Virus record (IMG/VR): IMGVR_UViG_3300021426_000003
Span: 103,151 to 149,019 of that record
Length of the DNA: 45,869 nt
From: a virus
Direction: 5' to 3' (one strand)
Shown here: in pieces, positions 9,304 through 16,397 of the stretch
How the letters are laid out: each line of letters starts with the position of its first letter
How positions within the stretch are numbered: the stretch's first letter is position 1
Translations under genes and position numbers: made by a program
Notes under the pieces: model-generated
The model's input: only the letters and a program-made list of their open reading frames with translations
Databases searched by the model: none
Told to the model about the DNA's origin: nothing

Positions 9304-9419
9304 CCCCTCTTAGCTCAGATGGCTAGAGCGCTAGAAGTTGTCATTTATGTGACACAAACAGCAATTATTCTATCCCGCTGGTAACGGAGAGGTCGTAGGT
9401 TCGAATCCTACAGAGGGGC
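9304..9419 (+). ncRNA. tRNA-Thr(GGT)-like RNA with permuted ACAGCAA motif between D and anticodon arms
   Basis: Acceptor CCCCTCT/AGAGGGG; insert TGTCAT-TTAT-GTGACA-CAAACAGCAA; then CCG-CTGGTAA-CGG. Confidence 0.65.
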
Positions 9420-9423
9420 TTAA

Positions 9424-9486
9424 GGGATACATACAGCAAATATTTTTACATCAGACTTTTAATCTGGAATAGTAGAAAGTATCCTG
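9424..9486 (+). ncRNA. ACAGCAA-motif small RNA copy 2 displaying a Lys(TTT) anticodon stem-loop
   Basis: GGGATAC-ATACAGCAA...TCAGA-CTTTTAA-TCTGG...GTATCCTG. Confidence 0.65.
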
Positions 9487-9493
9487 TAAATAA

Positions 9494-9596
9494 TGTGATG
9501 CTTACAGCAAATATTCTGTAGGTAGTCAAGAGGATAAGACACTAGATTGATAATCTGGCAACACTGGTTCAAATCCAGTCCAACAAAAGCATCATG
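9494..9596 (+). ncRNA. ACAGCAA-motif RNA copy 3 enclosing a tRNA-Ile(GAT)-like body
   Basis: GTGATGC-TTACAGCAA...D arm, CTAGA-TTGATAA-TCTGG, ACTGG-TTCAAAT-CCAGT...GCATCAT. Confidence 0.65.
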
Positions 9597-9611
9597 AAAG
9601 GAGTAAAAGGA

Positions 9612-11114
9612 ATGAATTTTGCAGAAGCTATTAAAAATGAAACAAAATGGACAAGAACAGAGAATGGTGCAATTGCACTTAATACTACTGGCACTGCTTG
9701 TCTTGATTTGTTTGGAACAATTGGTGCTTTGAGAAAAGCAGACGAGGCTAGAATCACTTCTCTGTTTGAAGAAGCATACAAAGAAAATCCTCTTCTTACT
9801 ACAAAGATTCTCTTTTATGCAAGAGATATTAGAGGTGATAAAGAAACAACTGGTCTTGGTGAAAGAAGAGTATTTAGAATTATTCTTAAATATGCGGCTC
9901 TTCATCACCCTGAATGTATCAGACCTAATCTTGATTTGATTGGTGTATATGGAAGATATGATGACCTGTATGAATTGATTGGTACACCACTTGAAGATGA
10001 TATGTGGTCTGCTATGAAGAAACAGTTTGAAGAAGATAAGATTAATCTTGAAAAAGGTAATGTAATTTCTCTTCTTGCTAAATGGATTAAAACTGCTGAT
10101 GCTTCTTCTGAGAAGACTAGGAAGCTTGGTATAAAAACAGCTCTTAAACTTGGATATAATGTATTCGAGTTTAAGAGAATTGTAAGAGCGATGAGAAAGC
10201 ACCTTAGAGTTGTTGAGGGTCTTATGTCAACTAATCAGTGGGATAAGATTACATATTCTGAAGTACCTTCTAGAGCAATGATGATTTATAGAAATGCTTT
10301 TAAAAAGCATGATGCAGATAGATTTAATCAATTCGCTCAGAAAGCTGTAACTGGAGAAGTTAAGATTAATTCCACTACACTTTATCCTTATGACATTCTT
10401 GAGAAGTATAAAGGTCGAGGTTATGGGAATTATTATAGCGGTTCTAATCTGAATCAAACAGAAGAGAATATTCTTCAAGCACAATGGGATGCACTTCCTA
10501 ATTATGTTGAAGAAGGTACAAACGCAATTATAATTGCAGATACTTCTGGTTCTATGAGCGGTAGACCAATGGATACAGCAGTTAGTCTTGCGATTTATTT
10601 TGCACAAAGAAATACTGGCGCTTATCATAATCTTTGGATGAATTTTAGTTCTAGTCCTTCTTATCAAACGATTAAGGGTAAGACATTAAAGCAAATTCTT
10701 TCCAATATTGATTATGGCAATTGGTCTGGTTCAACAAATTGTGCAGCTGCTTTTGAACTTATTCTTAATACGGCTATTAAGAATCATGTGTCAGTTGATG
10801 AAATGCCTAAAAGTTTGATTATTGTATCTGATATGGAATTTGATTGGTGTGGTGGTCAGAACTGGACGTTTTATGAGGAAATGAGAGCAAGATTTGCTCA
10901 ATATGGATATGAAATTCCAACTGTTGTATTCTGGCAGGTTGATTCAAGACATGACACTTTTCATGCTGATGCAAGTCGCAAAGGCGTAGTTTTAGTAAGT
11001 GGACAGAGTACTGGTACTTTTAAGAATCTTATTGGTTCTGTTGGAATGAGTCCTACGGAATTCATGTATAAGTGTATTCTCAGTAAGAGATATGAACTTG
11101 TTACTGTTGAATAA
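9612..11114 (+). CDS. DUF2828 family protein (Ro60/TROVE-like + vWA domain)
   Basis: RTENGA, LDLF, ARDIRG..GLGER, YGRYDDL, LAKW, VPSRAM, LYPYDI motifs; MIDAS DTSGSM; SDMEFD. Confidence 0.85.
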   Translation: MNFAEAIKNETKWTRTENGAIALNTTGTACLDLFGTIGALRKADEARITSLFEEAYKENPLLTTKILFYARDIRGDKETTGLGERRVFRIILKYAALHHPECIRPNLDLIGVYGRYDDLYELIGTPLEDDMWSAMKKQFEEDKINLEKGNVISLLAKWIKTADASSEKTRKLGIKTALKLGYNVFEFKRIVRAMRKHLRVVEGLMSTNQWDKITYSEVPSRAMMIYRNAFKKHDADRFNQFAQKAVTGEVKINSTTLYPYDILEKYKGRGYGNYYSGSNLNQTEENILQAQWDALPNYVEEGTNAIIIADTSGSMSGRPMDTAVSLAIYFAQRNTGAYHNLWMNFSSSPSYQTIKGKTLKQILSNIDYGNWSGSTNCAAAFELILNTAIKNHVSVDEMPKSLIIVSDMEFDWCGGQNWTFYEEMRARFAQYGYEIPTVVFWQVDSRHDTFHADASRKGVVLVSGQSTGTFKNLIGSVGMSPTEFMYKCILSKRYELVTVE

Positions 11115-11343
11115 TATATTTGACCGACAAGGTCACCCTATATTTGAGGGTAATTAGTAATGTTTTTACCCTTAAATATAGGACTAAATCGTCTATAAAA
11201 GACGTTGGGTCATGATTGTGTCCTAGTACTGCAATAATACAAGAGTTATTACATTATGATACAAGTGAGCGAAAGGAAGTAAAAATATTTCGCAATTCAA
11301 AGAGACTAATACCTGTATTGGTCTGCCGTATACTCGGCAATCT

Positions 11344-11418
11344 GGACATGTAGCTCAGTTGGTTTAGAGCATACGGCTGTTAACCGTAGTGTCGTGAGTT
11401 CGAATCTCACCTTGTCCG
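11344..11418 (+). tRNA. tRNA-Asn(GTT)
   Basis: TACGG-CTGTTAA-CCGTA; canonical D and T arms. Confidence 0.9.
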
Positions 11419-11423
11419 TTTAT

Positions 11424-11507
11424 GGCGTAGTCGCTCAATTGGTGGAGCACCTGTCTTGAAAACAGGCAACCTGCAAGGGTATGTAGGTTCGAATCCTATC
11501 TGCGCCG
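11424..11507 (+). tRNA. tRNA-Ser(TGA)
   Basis: CCTGT-CTTGAAA-ACAGG; long variable arm. Confidence 0.88.
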
Positions 11508-11801
11508 TTTATAATTAAATTAATATCGTGGGCATCCCTTCTCGAATACTAATCTACAATATTAATTTAATTATTTCCGCAGAGTGGATGATGCGGTATA
11601 AAAGAAATCGACCATCCTGTGTGAGTAGGAGATATGAAATGTGAATCTGGCTACACACAGTGAGTCCTAAAGCCCCTGATGTAAATGGGACTATGCGTGA
11701 ACTGATACTGTCCAAATATCCAGACAAGATTCTTAATAGCCCTTCTGGAGGCACAGTTGTAAAACACATCTGAGAACGCTAGGCAAAAGGCAAAATTAAA
11801 T

Positions 11802-11917
11802 ACCGTGATGGCGAGAATAGGTAGACGCTAGGCTTGGTGAGGTATGCATTATAGAAGACGAATGATATTAAGTTACCATGGGCATATCATGTAAGGTGCA
11901 AATCCTTGCTCACGGTA
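11802..11917 (+). ncRNA. tRNA-like RNA with expanded central region and no clear anticodon
   Basis: Acceptor ACCGTGA/TCACGGT; Leu-type D arm; T arm GTAAGG-TGCAAAT-CCTTGC. Confidence 0.5.
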
Positions 11918-12072
11918 TTATCAGCTAAAGAGGTTTCGGTGTAACCCCGTGTAATTCTCTCCTACCAAAATCCCGACTGGAGATATCCTCAGAAAATCAA
12001 ATTAGCTTATCTTGGGGATATGATAAGTAATGTCTGTAACAATTTTATAAGCTGTTTTGTGTTACAGAATAT

Positions 12073-12156
12073 GCACCCGTGACGTAACAGGCAACCGTGG
12101 CAGACTTAAAATCTGCTCCTCATAAGAGGGTGAGGGTTCGATTCCCTTCGGGTGTA
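12073..12156 (+). tRNA. tRNA-Leu(TAA)
   Basis: GCAGA-CTTAAAA-TCTGC; variable arm; discriminator A. Confidence 0.9.
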
Positions 12157-12255
12157 CTTAATTGAACCTTGCAGTGGAGGTTGTAAGAATTAAAGAATTT
12201 AATGCTTTATTCTTAATTCATGAGTTAGGAAGCTGCCTCTAAACCAATAAAGCAT

Positions 12256-12311
12256 GGGATACAAACAGCAATACATTCCAAAAAAGACTTGAAATCTTTC
12301 ACCAAATGGTT
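12256..12311 (+). ncRNA. ACAGCAA-motif RNA copy 4 with Ser(TGA) anticodon loop, running into the CRISPR array
   Basis: GGGATAC-AAACAGCAA...AAAGA-CTTGAAA-TCTTT; the expected GTATCCTG strand is absent. Confidence 0.55.
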
Positions 12312-12537
12312 ATTTTGGATATCTGTTAATTTTAAGTGCTATAAAACTTTAACAAGACTCATTATATAAGTTTTGGATATCTGTTTTTTTTAAGTGTTCT
12401 AAAACAAAAAATGCCGATTGGTTACGGAATGGTTAGTTTTGGATATCTGTTAATTTTAAGTACTCTAAAACCCTCACAGGTTTTGACAGCAAGCCTCTGG
12501 AGTTTTGGATATCTGTTAATTTTAAGTACTCTAAAAC
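12312..12537 (+). CRISPR. CRISPR mini-array: 4 x 36-nt repeats, spacers 22/30/30 nt
   Basis: Consensus GTTTTGGATATCTGTTAATTTTAAGTACTCTAAAAC at 12312, 12370, 12436, 12502; last two identical, first two degenerate. Confidence 0.92.
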
Positions 12538-12561
12538 CTCAAATATTTAAAACACTTAAAA

Positions 12562-12790
12562 GTTTTAGACCACTTAAAATTTAGGAGTAAATCAAAAATA
12601 GAATAAGACATTAAGTTGTCTACGTTATCAAGAGATAATATCTTACTGTGTAACTCTAGCAGTAATCATATCGCTGAAGTTTAAACATCCATGACTCCTT
12701 GAACAGTAACGTGGAAGTGACAAAGCATTAAAGACTTTTGATAACTTTTTCGAAGAGTATTACCGTCCTTGAGACGAGACAAAATTTTAA
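12562..12790 (+). ncRNA. anti-repeat plus omegaRNA scaffold of CRISPR-associated IscB
   Basis: 12562-12597 GTTTTAGACCACTTAAAATTTAGGAGTAAATCAAAA is an imperfect reverse complement of the repeat; GTTATCAAGAG (12624) pairs with CTTTTGATAAC (12735); CTACGTTA and TTAAACA omegaRNA-like motifs; 3' end approximate. Confidence 0.8.
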
Positions 12791-12798
12791 AGGATTAA

Positions 12799-14349
12799 AT
12801 GAAATATTTAGATTATACGTTTGTAGTTGATAATAATAATGTTCCATGTATGCCAGTAACAAATAATGAAGCTGGCTATTTAATAAGATGTGGTTTGGCA
12901 AAAGTAATAAATCATGACCCATTTGTGATTCAACGACTTGACGATTACATTTCTGAATCAGAAATCAGAGATGAAATCACAATGAAGATGGATATGGGAT
13001 ATATGAATGTAGGTTTTTCTGTTGGAACGAAAGACCATGAATATCTATCAGGTCAAGTTAAATTACTTAATGGAATATCGGAAAGACTTGAACAAAGAGC
13101 AAGTTATCGCAGAACACGAAGGGGCAGAATACGTTATAGAAAAAATAAGAATGTGGATTATAAGACAATTCATAATCCGACATACAAGAATGGGAATGAA
13201 GATAATTGGATTGCGCCATCGGTTCAGCACAAGATAGATTCGCACGTTCGCCTTTACAGGAAAATCGCATCATGGATTCCAATTGATAAAATTATTATTG
13301 AAATTGCCAACTTTGATATACAAGCTATTAAGGCATTAAAGGATGGCAAAGAAATATCTGGAGTTGATTATCAACGAGGTGAAATGTATGGATTTGAAAA
13401 TGTAAAACAATATGTTAGAGAACGTGATAATTATACTTGTCAAATTTGTGAGACAGATACTATAAAAAAGGGGACTGGACTTGAAGTACATCATATTATT
13501 CCAAGGTCACAGGGTGGAAGTAACAAGCCGTCAAATTTAATTTCTTTATGTAAAAAATGTCATAACAAAGTGCATTCAAATAATAATAACAATAAATATT
13601 TTCATGAATTACAAACAAGAAAAATTAATGACACTTATAAAGATGCTACATTTATGAATACATCTAGATGGCGCATTTATGAAAGTATAGGAAGTAAATG
13701 TCCAACTTATATTTCCTATGGTTATATTACAAGTTTAAATCGTAAAACAAATAATCTTCCTAAATTTCATTATGTTGATGCAGCTTGTATTCAGAAATTT
13801 ACATATAAAACTTTAACAAAAAATATTTATCTTGTTGAACAAAAAAGATGTAACGACAGATGTATGTCTACTTTTTGGGATGCAAAATATATTGATAATC
13901 GTGATGGTAAAGAAAAGAAGGGCAGTGAATTATCATATAAAAGATTACCAAGCGCGACATCTAAGCGCACAACAAGAAAAGAAGATGTAGAAAATGATAG
14001 AGTTTATAGACAAAGAAAAACAAAAAAAGGAGAATTTAGATTTGTTTGTAATTCACGGTGCTTAAAAGCTGGTGATTTAATCCGCATTAATATTGGTAAA
14101 AGAAAAGGCATTATTGGAGAAGTTACAAATAGTCAAATAGAAAGAAATAAGTATAAAGTACGTTTTACTTATGATGGTCAAGATGTAAAATATCCATCTA
14201 TTTCTATTTCGAAAGATGAATATAATATATTGAAAGAAACAGGAAAATGTGATAGTATAAGTATTGTTCGTACTAGAAGAGGAATGATTTGGAGAAAATA
14301 CGACAGAGCGAAATACGAATCTGAAAATGTAGACCAGTATTCTTCGTAA
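12799..14349 (+). CDS. iscB: IscB RNA-guided endonuclease (OMEGA), CRISPR-associated
   Basis: PLMP-like PCMP; RuvC-I MDMGYMNVG; bridge helix RASYRRTRRGRIRYRK; WIAPS; RuvC-II IEIANFD; HNH RDNYTCQIC...HHIIPRSQGGSNKPSNLISLCKKCH; RuvC-III HYVDAACI. Confidence 0.93.
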   Translation: MKYLDYTFVVDNNNVPCMPVTNNEAGYLIRCGLAKVINHDPFVIQRLDDYISESEIRDEITMKMDMGYMNVGFSVGTKDHEYLSGQVKLLNGISERLEQRASYRRTRRGRIRYRKNKNVDYKTIHNPTYKNGNEDNWIAPSVQHKIDSHVRLYRKIASWIPIDKIIIEIANFDIQAIKALKDGKEISGVDYQRGEMYGFENVKQYVRERDNYTCQICETDTIKKGTGLEVHHIIPRSQGGSNKPSNLISLCKKCHNKVHSNNNNNKYFHELQTRKINDTYKDATFMNTSRWRIYESIGSKCPTYISYGYITSLNRKTNNLPKFHYVDAACIQKFTYKTLTKNIYLVEQKRCNDRCMSTFWDAKYIDNRDGKEKKGSELSYKRLPSATSKRTTRKEDVENDRVYRQRKTKKGEFRFVCNSRCLKAGDLIRINIGKRKGIIGEVTNSQIERNKYKVRFTYDGQDVKYPSISISKDEYNILKETGKCDSISIVRTRRGMIWRKYDRAKYESENVDQYSS

Positions 14350-14382
14350 AATTTTCTTTTAAAAGTCAAATGAATAATCAAT

Positions 14383-14447
14383 TGGGACACTTACAGCAAA
14401 TTTTTACAAGCACATTCTTTGAAAATGTATACTTATTATGTGTCCTG
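14383..14447 (+). ncRNA. ACAGCAA-motif RNA copy 5 with Gln(TTG) anticodon loop
   Basis: GGGACAC-TTACAGCAA...ACATT-CTTTGAA-AATGT...GTGTCCTG. Confidence 0.65.
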
Positions 14448-14450
14448 TAT

Positions 14451-14525
14451 GGGAAGTTAGCAAACATGGTTGTTCGGCGCTGGACTGAAAATCCAGTCAA
14501 CTTGGTTCGATTCCAAGACTTCCCA
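14451..14525 (+). tRNA. tRNA-Phe(GAA)
   Basis: CTGGA-CTGAAAA-TCCAG; acceptor GGGAAGT/ACTTCCC; weak D stem. Confidence 0.8.
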
Positions 14526-14544
14526 GTTTTATATAATAATATAT

Positions 14545-14628
14545 GGGTAGGTATGCCTAGCGGCGAAGGCGGCGGACTGTAAATCCGTTACAAAAGAAAC
14601 ACCGAAGGTTCGATTCCTTCCCTGCCCA
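14545..14628 (+). tRNA. tRNA-Tyr(GTA)
   Basis: GCGGA-CTGTAAA-TCCGT; variable arm. Confidence 0.9.
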
Positions 14629-14636
14629 TTAAATTT

Positions 14637-14708
14637 CTGGGTGTGGTGCAATAGTAGCATGCATGATTTGGGTTCATGTGGTTGCAGGTGCAAGTCCTGT
14701 CACTCAGA
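14637..14708 (+). tRNA. tRNA-Pro(TGG)
   Basis: CATGA-TTTGGGT-TCATG; atypical T-loop TGCAAGT. Confidence 0.8.
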
Positions 14709-14710
14709 TT

Positions 14711-14812
14711 GGCAATGTGGTGTAAGTACAGTGTACGGGTTATGGGAAAAGCACACTGGATAAGAGCGCTCATTATTAATCCAGAGGATATGGTTCGAAT
14801 CCATACATTGCA
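14711..14812 (+). ncRNA. tRNA-like RNA with enlarged D and anticodon loops
   Basis: GCAATG/CATTGC acceptor; CTGGA/TCCAG stem; TATGG-TTCGAAT-CCATA. Confidence 0.5.
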
Positions 14813-14847
14813 ATTGGGTTTCTTCCTAATCTTATTATTTTTGTATT

Positions 14848-14919
14848 TGGGATACTAACAGCAATTATTTTACATCGCCAAATCTAAATTAGCACTTGAT
14901 GTAGGTGCAGAGTATCCTG
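14848..14919 (+). ncRNA. ACAGCAA-motif RNA copy 6
   Basis: GGGATACT-AACAGCAA...ACATC/GATGT inner stem...AGTATCCTG. Confidence 0.6.
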
Positions 14920-14944
14920 TTTCTTTATAAAATAAAGGTTTATT

Positions 14945-15187
14945 ATGAATAAAAAATATCAATGTATTAAATCTTTTGAAACTAAATATGATTATTATGG
15001 TAAAGATTATGGCAATGCTGGAATGGTTAATGAAGGTGATATTTATATTATTGTAAGAGAACCAGTTCCTAAAAAGAAATTATATAAATTAAAAAAAGAA
15101 AATGATGATAGTAAATGGGATACAGGTTATTTGTATTTAAGAGAAAATTTCTTTAAAAGACATTTTAAAAAAGTTGAAAATGATTGA
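14945..15187 (+). CDS. hypothetical protein within the tRNA cluster
   Basis: AAGGT RBS; 80 aa. Confidence 0.55.
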   Translation: MNKKYQCIKSFETKYDYYGKDYGNAGMVNEGDIYIIVREPVPKKKLYKLKKENDDSKWDTGYLYLRENFFKRHFKKVEND

Positions 15188-15190
15188 TTA

Positions 15191-15265
15191 CTCCGCATAG
15201 CTCAGTTGGTTTAGAGCACTTGACTTTTAATCAAGATGTCGAGAGTTCGAATCTCTCTGCGGAGA
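15191..15265 (+). tRNA. tRNA-Lys(TTT)
   Basis: CTTGA-CTTTTAA-TCAAG; canonical arms. Confidence 0.9.
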
Positions 15266-15411
15266 TTAAATAAAAGATTCAGTAATGGTGCTGTATTTCT
15301 CTATAGCGCTAGAGAAATTGAAAATCGGTTCGATTCCGATAGAGATAAAGACGAGCGCAAGTCTTAATTGAGTCTTGGCAGACAGACGGTTCAATTCCGT
15401 AATCTTTTTTG

Positions 15412-15508
15412 GGGAAGATTGGTGGAAAAGTGTAGACACGAGGTCGCTCCTTAAATACATATTTGTACAGGTATGTATTTGTACAGGTTCAAGTCCTGTA
15501 TCTTCCCT
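15412..15508 (+). ncRNA. tRNA-Leu-like RNA with degenerate anticodon arm
   Basis: GGGAAGAT/ATCTTCCC; T arm ACAGG-TTCAAGT-CCTGT; long AAATACATA/TATGTATTT arm. Confidence 0.5.
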
Positions 15509-15658
15509 ATAATGATATGAGTAATGCGGTGTGGGTAGCGCCCACATGCTGTATGCAAACTTGATATTTTGAAGAGCGACAAAAGTGCGCATTATTGTGA
15601 TGCAACGGATATCCAGTTTAAGTACCAGACCATTACTCTGGGAAACATATCATTATAA

Positions 15659-15732
15659 GGGGCGTTAGCACAACGGTTTGCGTGCAGGTGGCTTATACCC
15701 ATCCGATAAAAGTTCGACTCTTTTACGCCCTA
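15659..15732 (+). tRNA. tRNA-Ile(TAT)
   Basis: GGTGG-CTTATAC-CCATC; acceptor GGGGCGT/ACGCCCT. Confidence 0.8.
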
Positions 15733-15928
15733 TTATAATATTTATTTTAAATAAGGAGGTCTATCTGGTCTTCGGACTCAAAAGATAGTAAAGCAAAGGA
15801 TACGTCCTTAAAAGAAGACAATCACAAAAAACGGTAGTTGAAATACTAGTTAATTAAACTATTCTCACATAACACTTAATCCAGCTTGGAGATTGTTTGT
15901 GTGCCTTTATGAGTGGTATGTGAATTAT

Positions 15929-16001
15929 GGCTCGTTGGTCAAACGGTTAAGACACTGGTCTTTCCAACCAGAATTAGTGGGTTCGATTCCCCTACGAGCT
16001 G
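15929..16001 (+). tRNA. tRNA-Glu(TTC)
   Basis: CTGGT-CTTTCCA-ACCAG; Glu-type D arm GGTCAAACGGTTAAGAC. Confidence 0.85.
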
Positions 16002-16042
16002 TTAATGGTTGTATTGCTAACAGCCATTACATTAAATAAAGT

Positions 16043-16120
16043 AGTAAAATGGTGTAATATAGGGGCACAAAACTTAAGAAGATTTGAGTTTAAGAGCAGG
16101 TTCGATTCCTGCTTTTACTA
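16043..16120 (+). ncRNA. tRNA-like RNA with enlarged anticodon loop
   Basis: AGTAAAA/TTTTACT acceptor; GCAGG-TTCGATT-CCTGC. Confidence 0.5.
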
Positions 16121-16164
16121 TATATTTTTTATATTAATTAAAGAAAGGGGGATTAAAATGAGAT

Positions 16165-16350
16165 ATGATATGCAAAAAATGTGGCAAGAAAATAAACCCC
16201 CACAAAGCTAATAAAGAATGGGATGAATCAGCATCATATTATAGTACAAAAATATTGCGATGTCCTGATTGTAATAATGTAATTGCCATATTGGAATATA
16301 GTAACGAAATAGAGCTTGACATTAATAATGATGTAAGATATTATATATAA
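16165..16350 (+). CDS. Zn-ribbon protein
   Basis: CKKCG...CPDC. Confidence 0.55.
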   Translation: MICKKCGKKINPHKANKEWDESASYYSTKILRCPDCNNVIAILEYSNEIELDINNDVRYYI

Positions 16351-16397
16351 AGTAACAAGTAAATAATATAAAATAATTAAATGAAAGGAATTAAAAA

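Noticed and set aside
9459-10667. Long minus-strand ORFs (9459-10202, 10227-10667; similarly 17007-17585)
   Set aside because: Antisense shadows of well-supported + strand genes, with no recognisable motifs
11660-11710. Hammerhead ribozyme at CTGATG
   Set aside because: Lacks the CUGAUGA and GAAA core with matching stems
12486-12492. ACAGCAA inside spacer 3 matching the small-RNA motif (self-targeting)
   Set aside because: Only 7 nt match and the flanks differ; by eye, no protospacer for any spacer was found in the window
12799-14349. Cas9 or TnpB call
   Set aside because: 516 aa with an N-terminal PLMP domain, HNH present and no REC lobe fits IscB
14370-16211. Short ORFs 14370-14582, 14676-14858, 15266-15592, 16005-16211
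   Set aside because: They overlap tRNAs and ncRNAs; likely spurious
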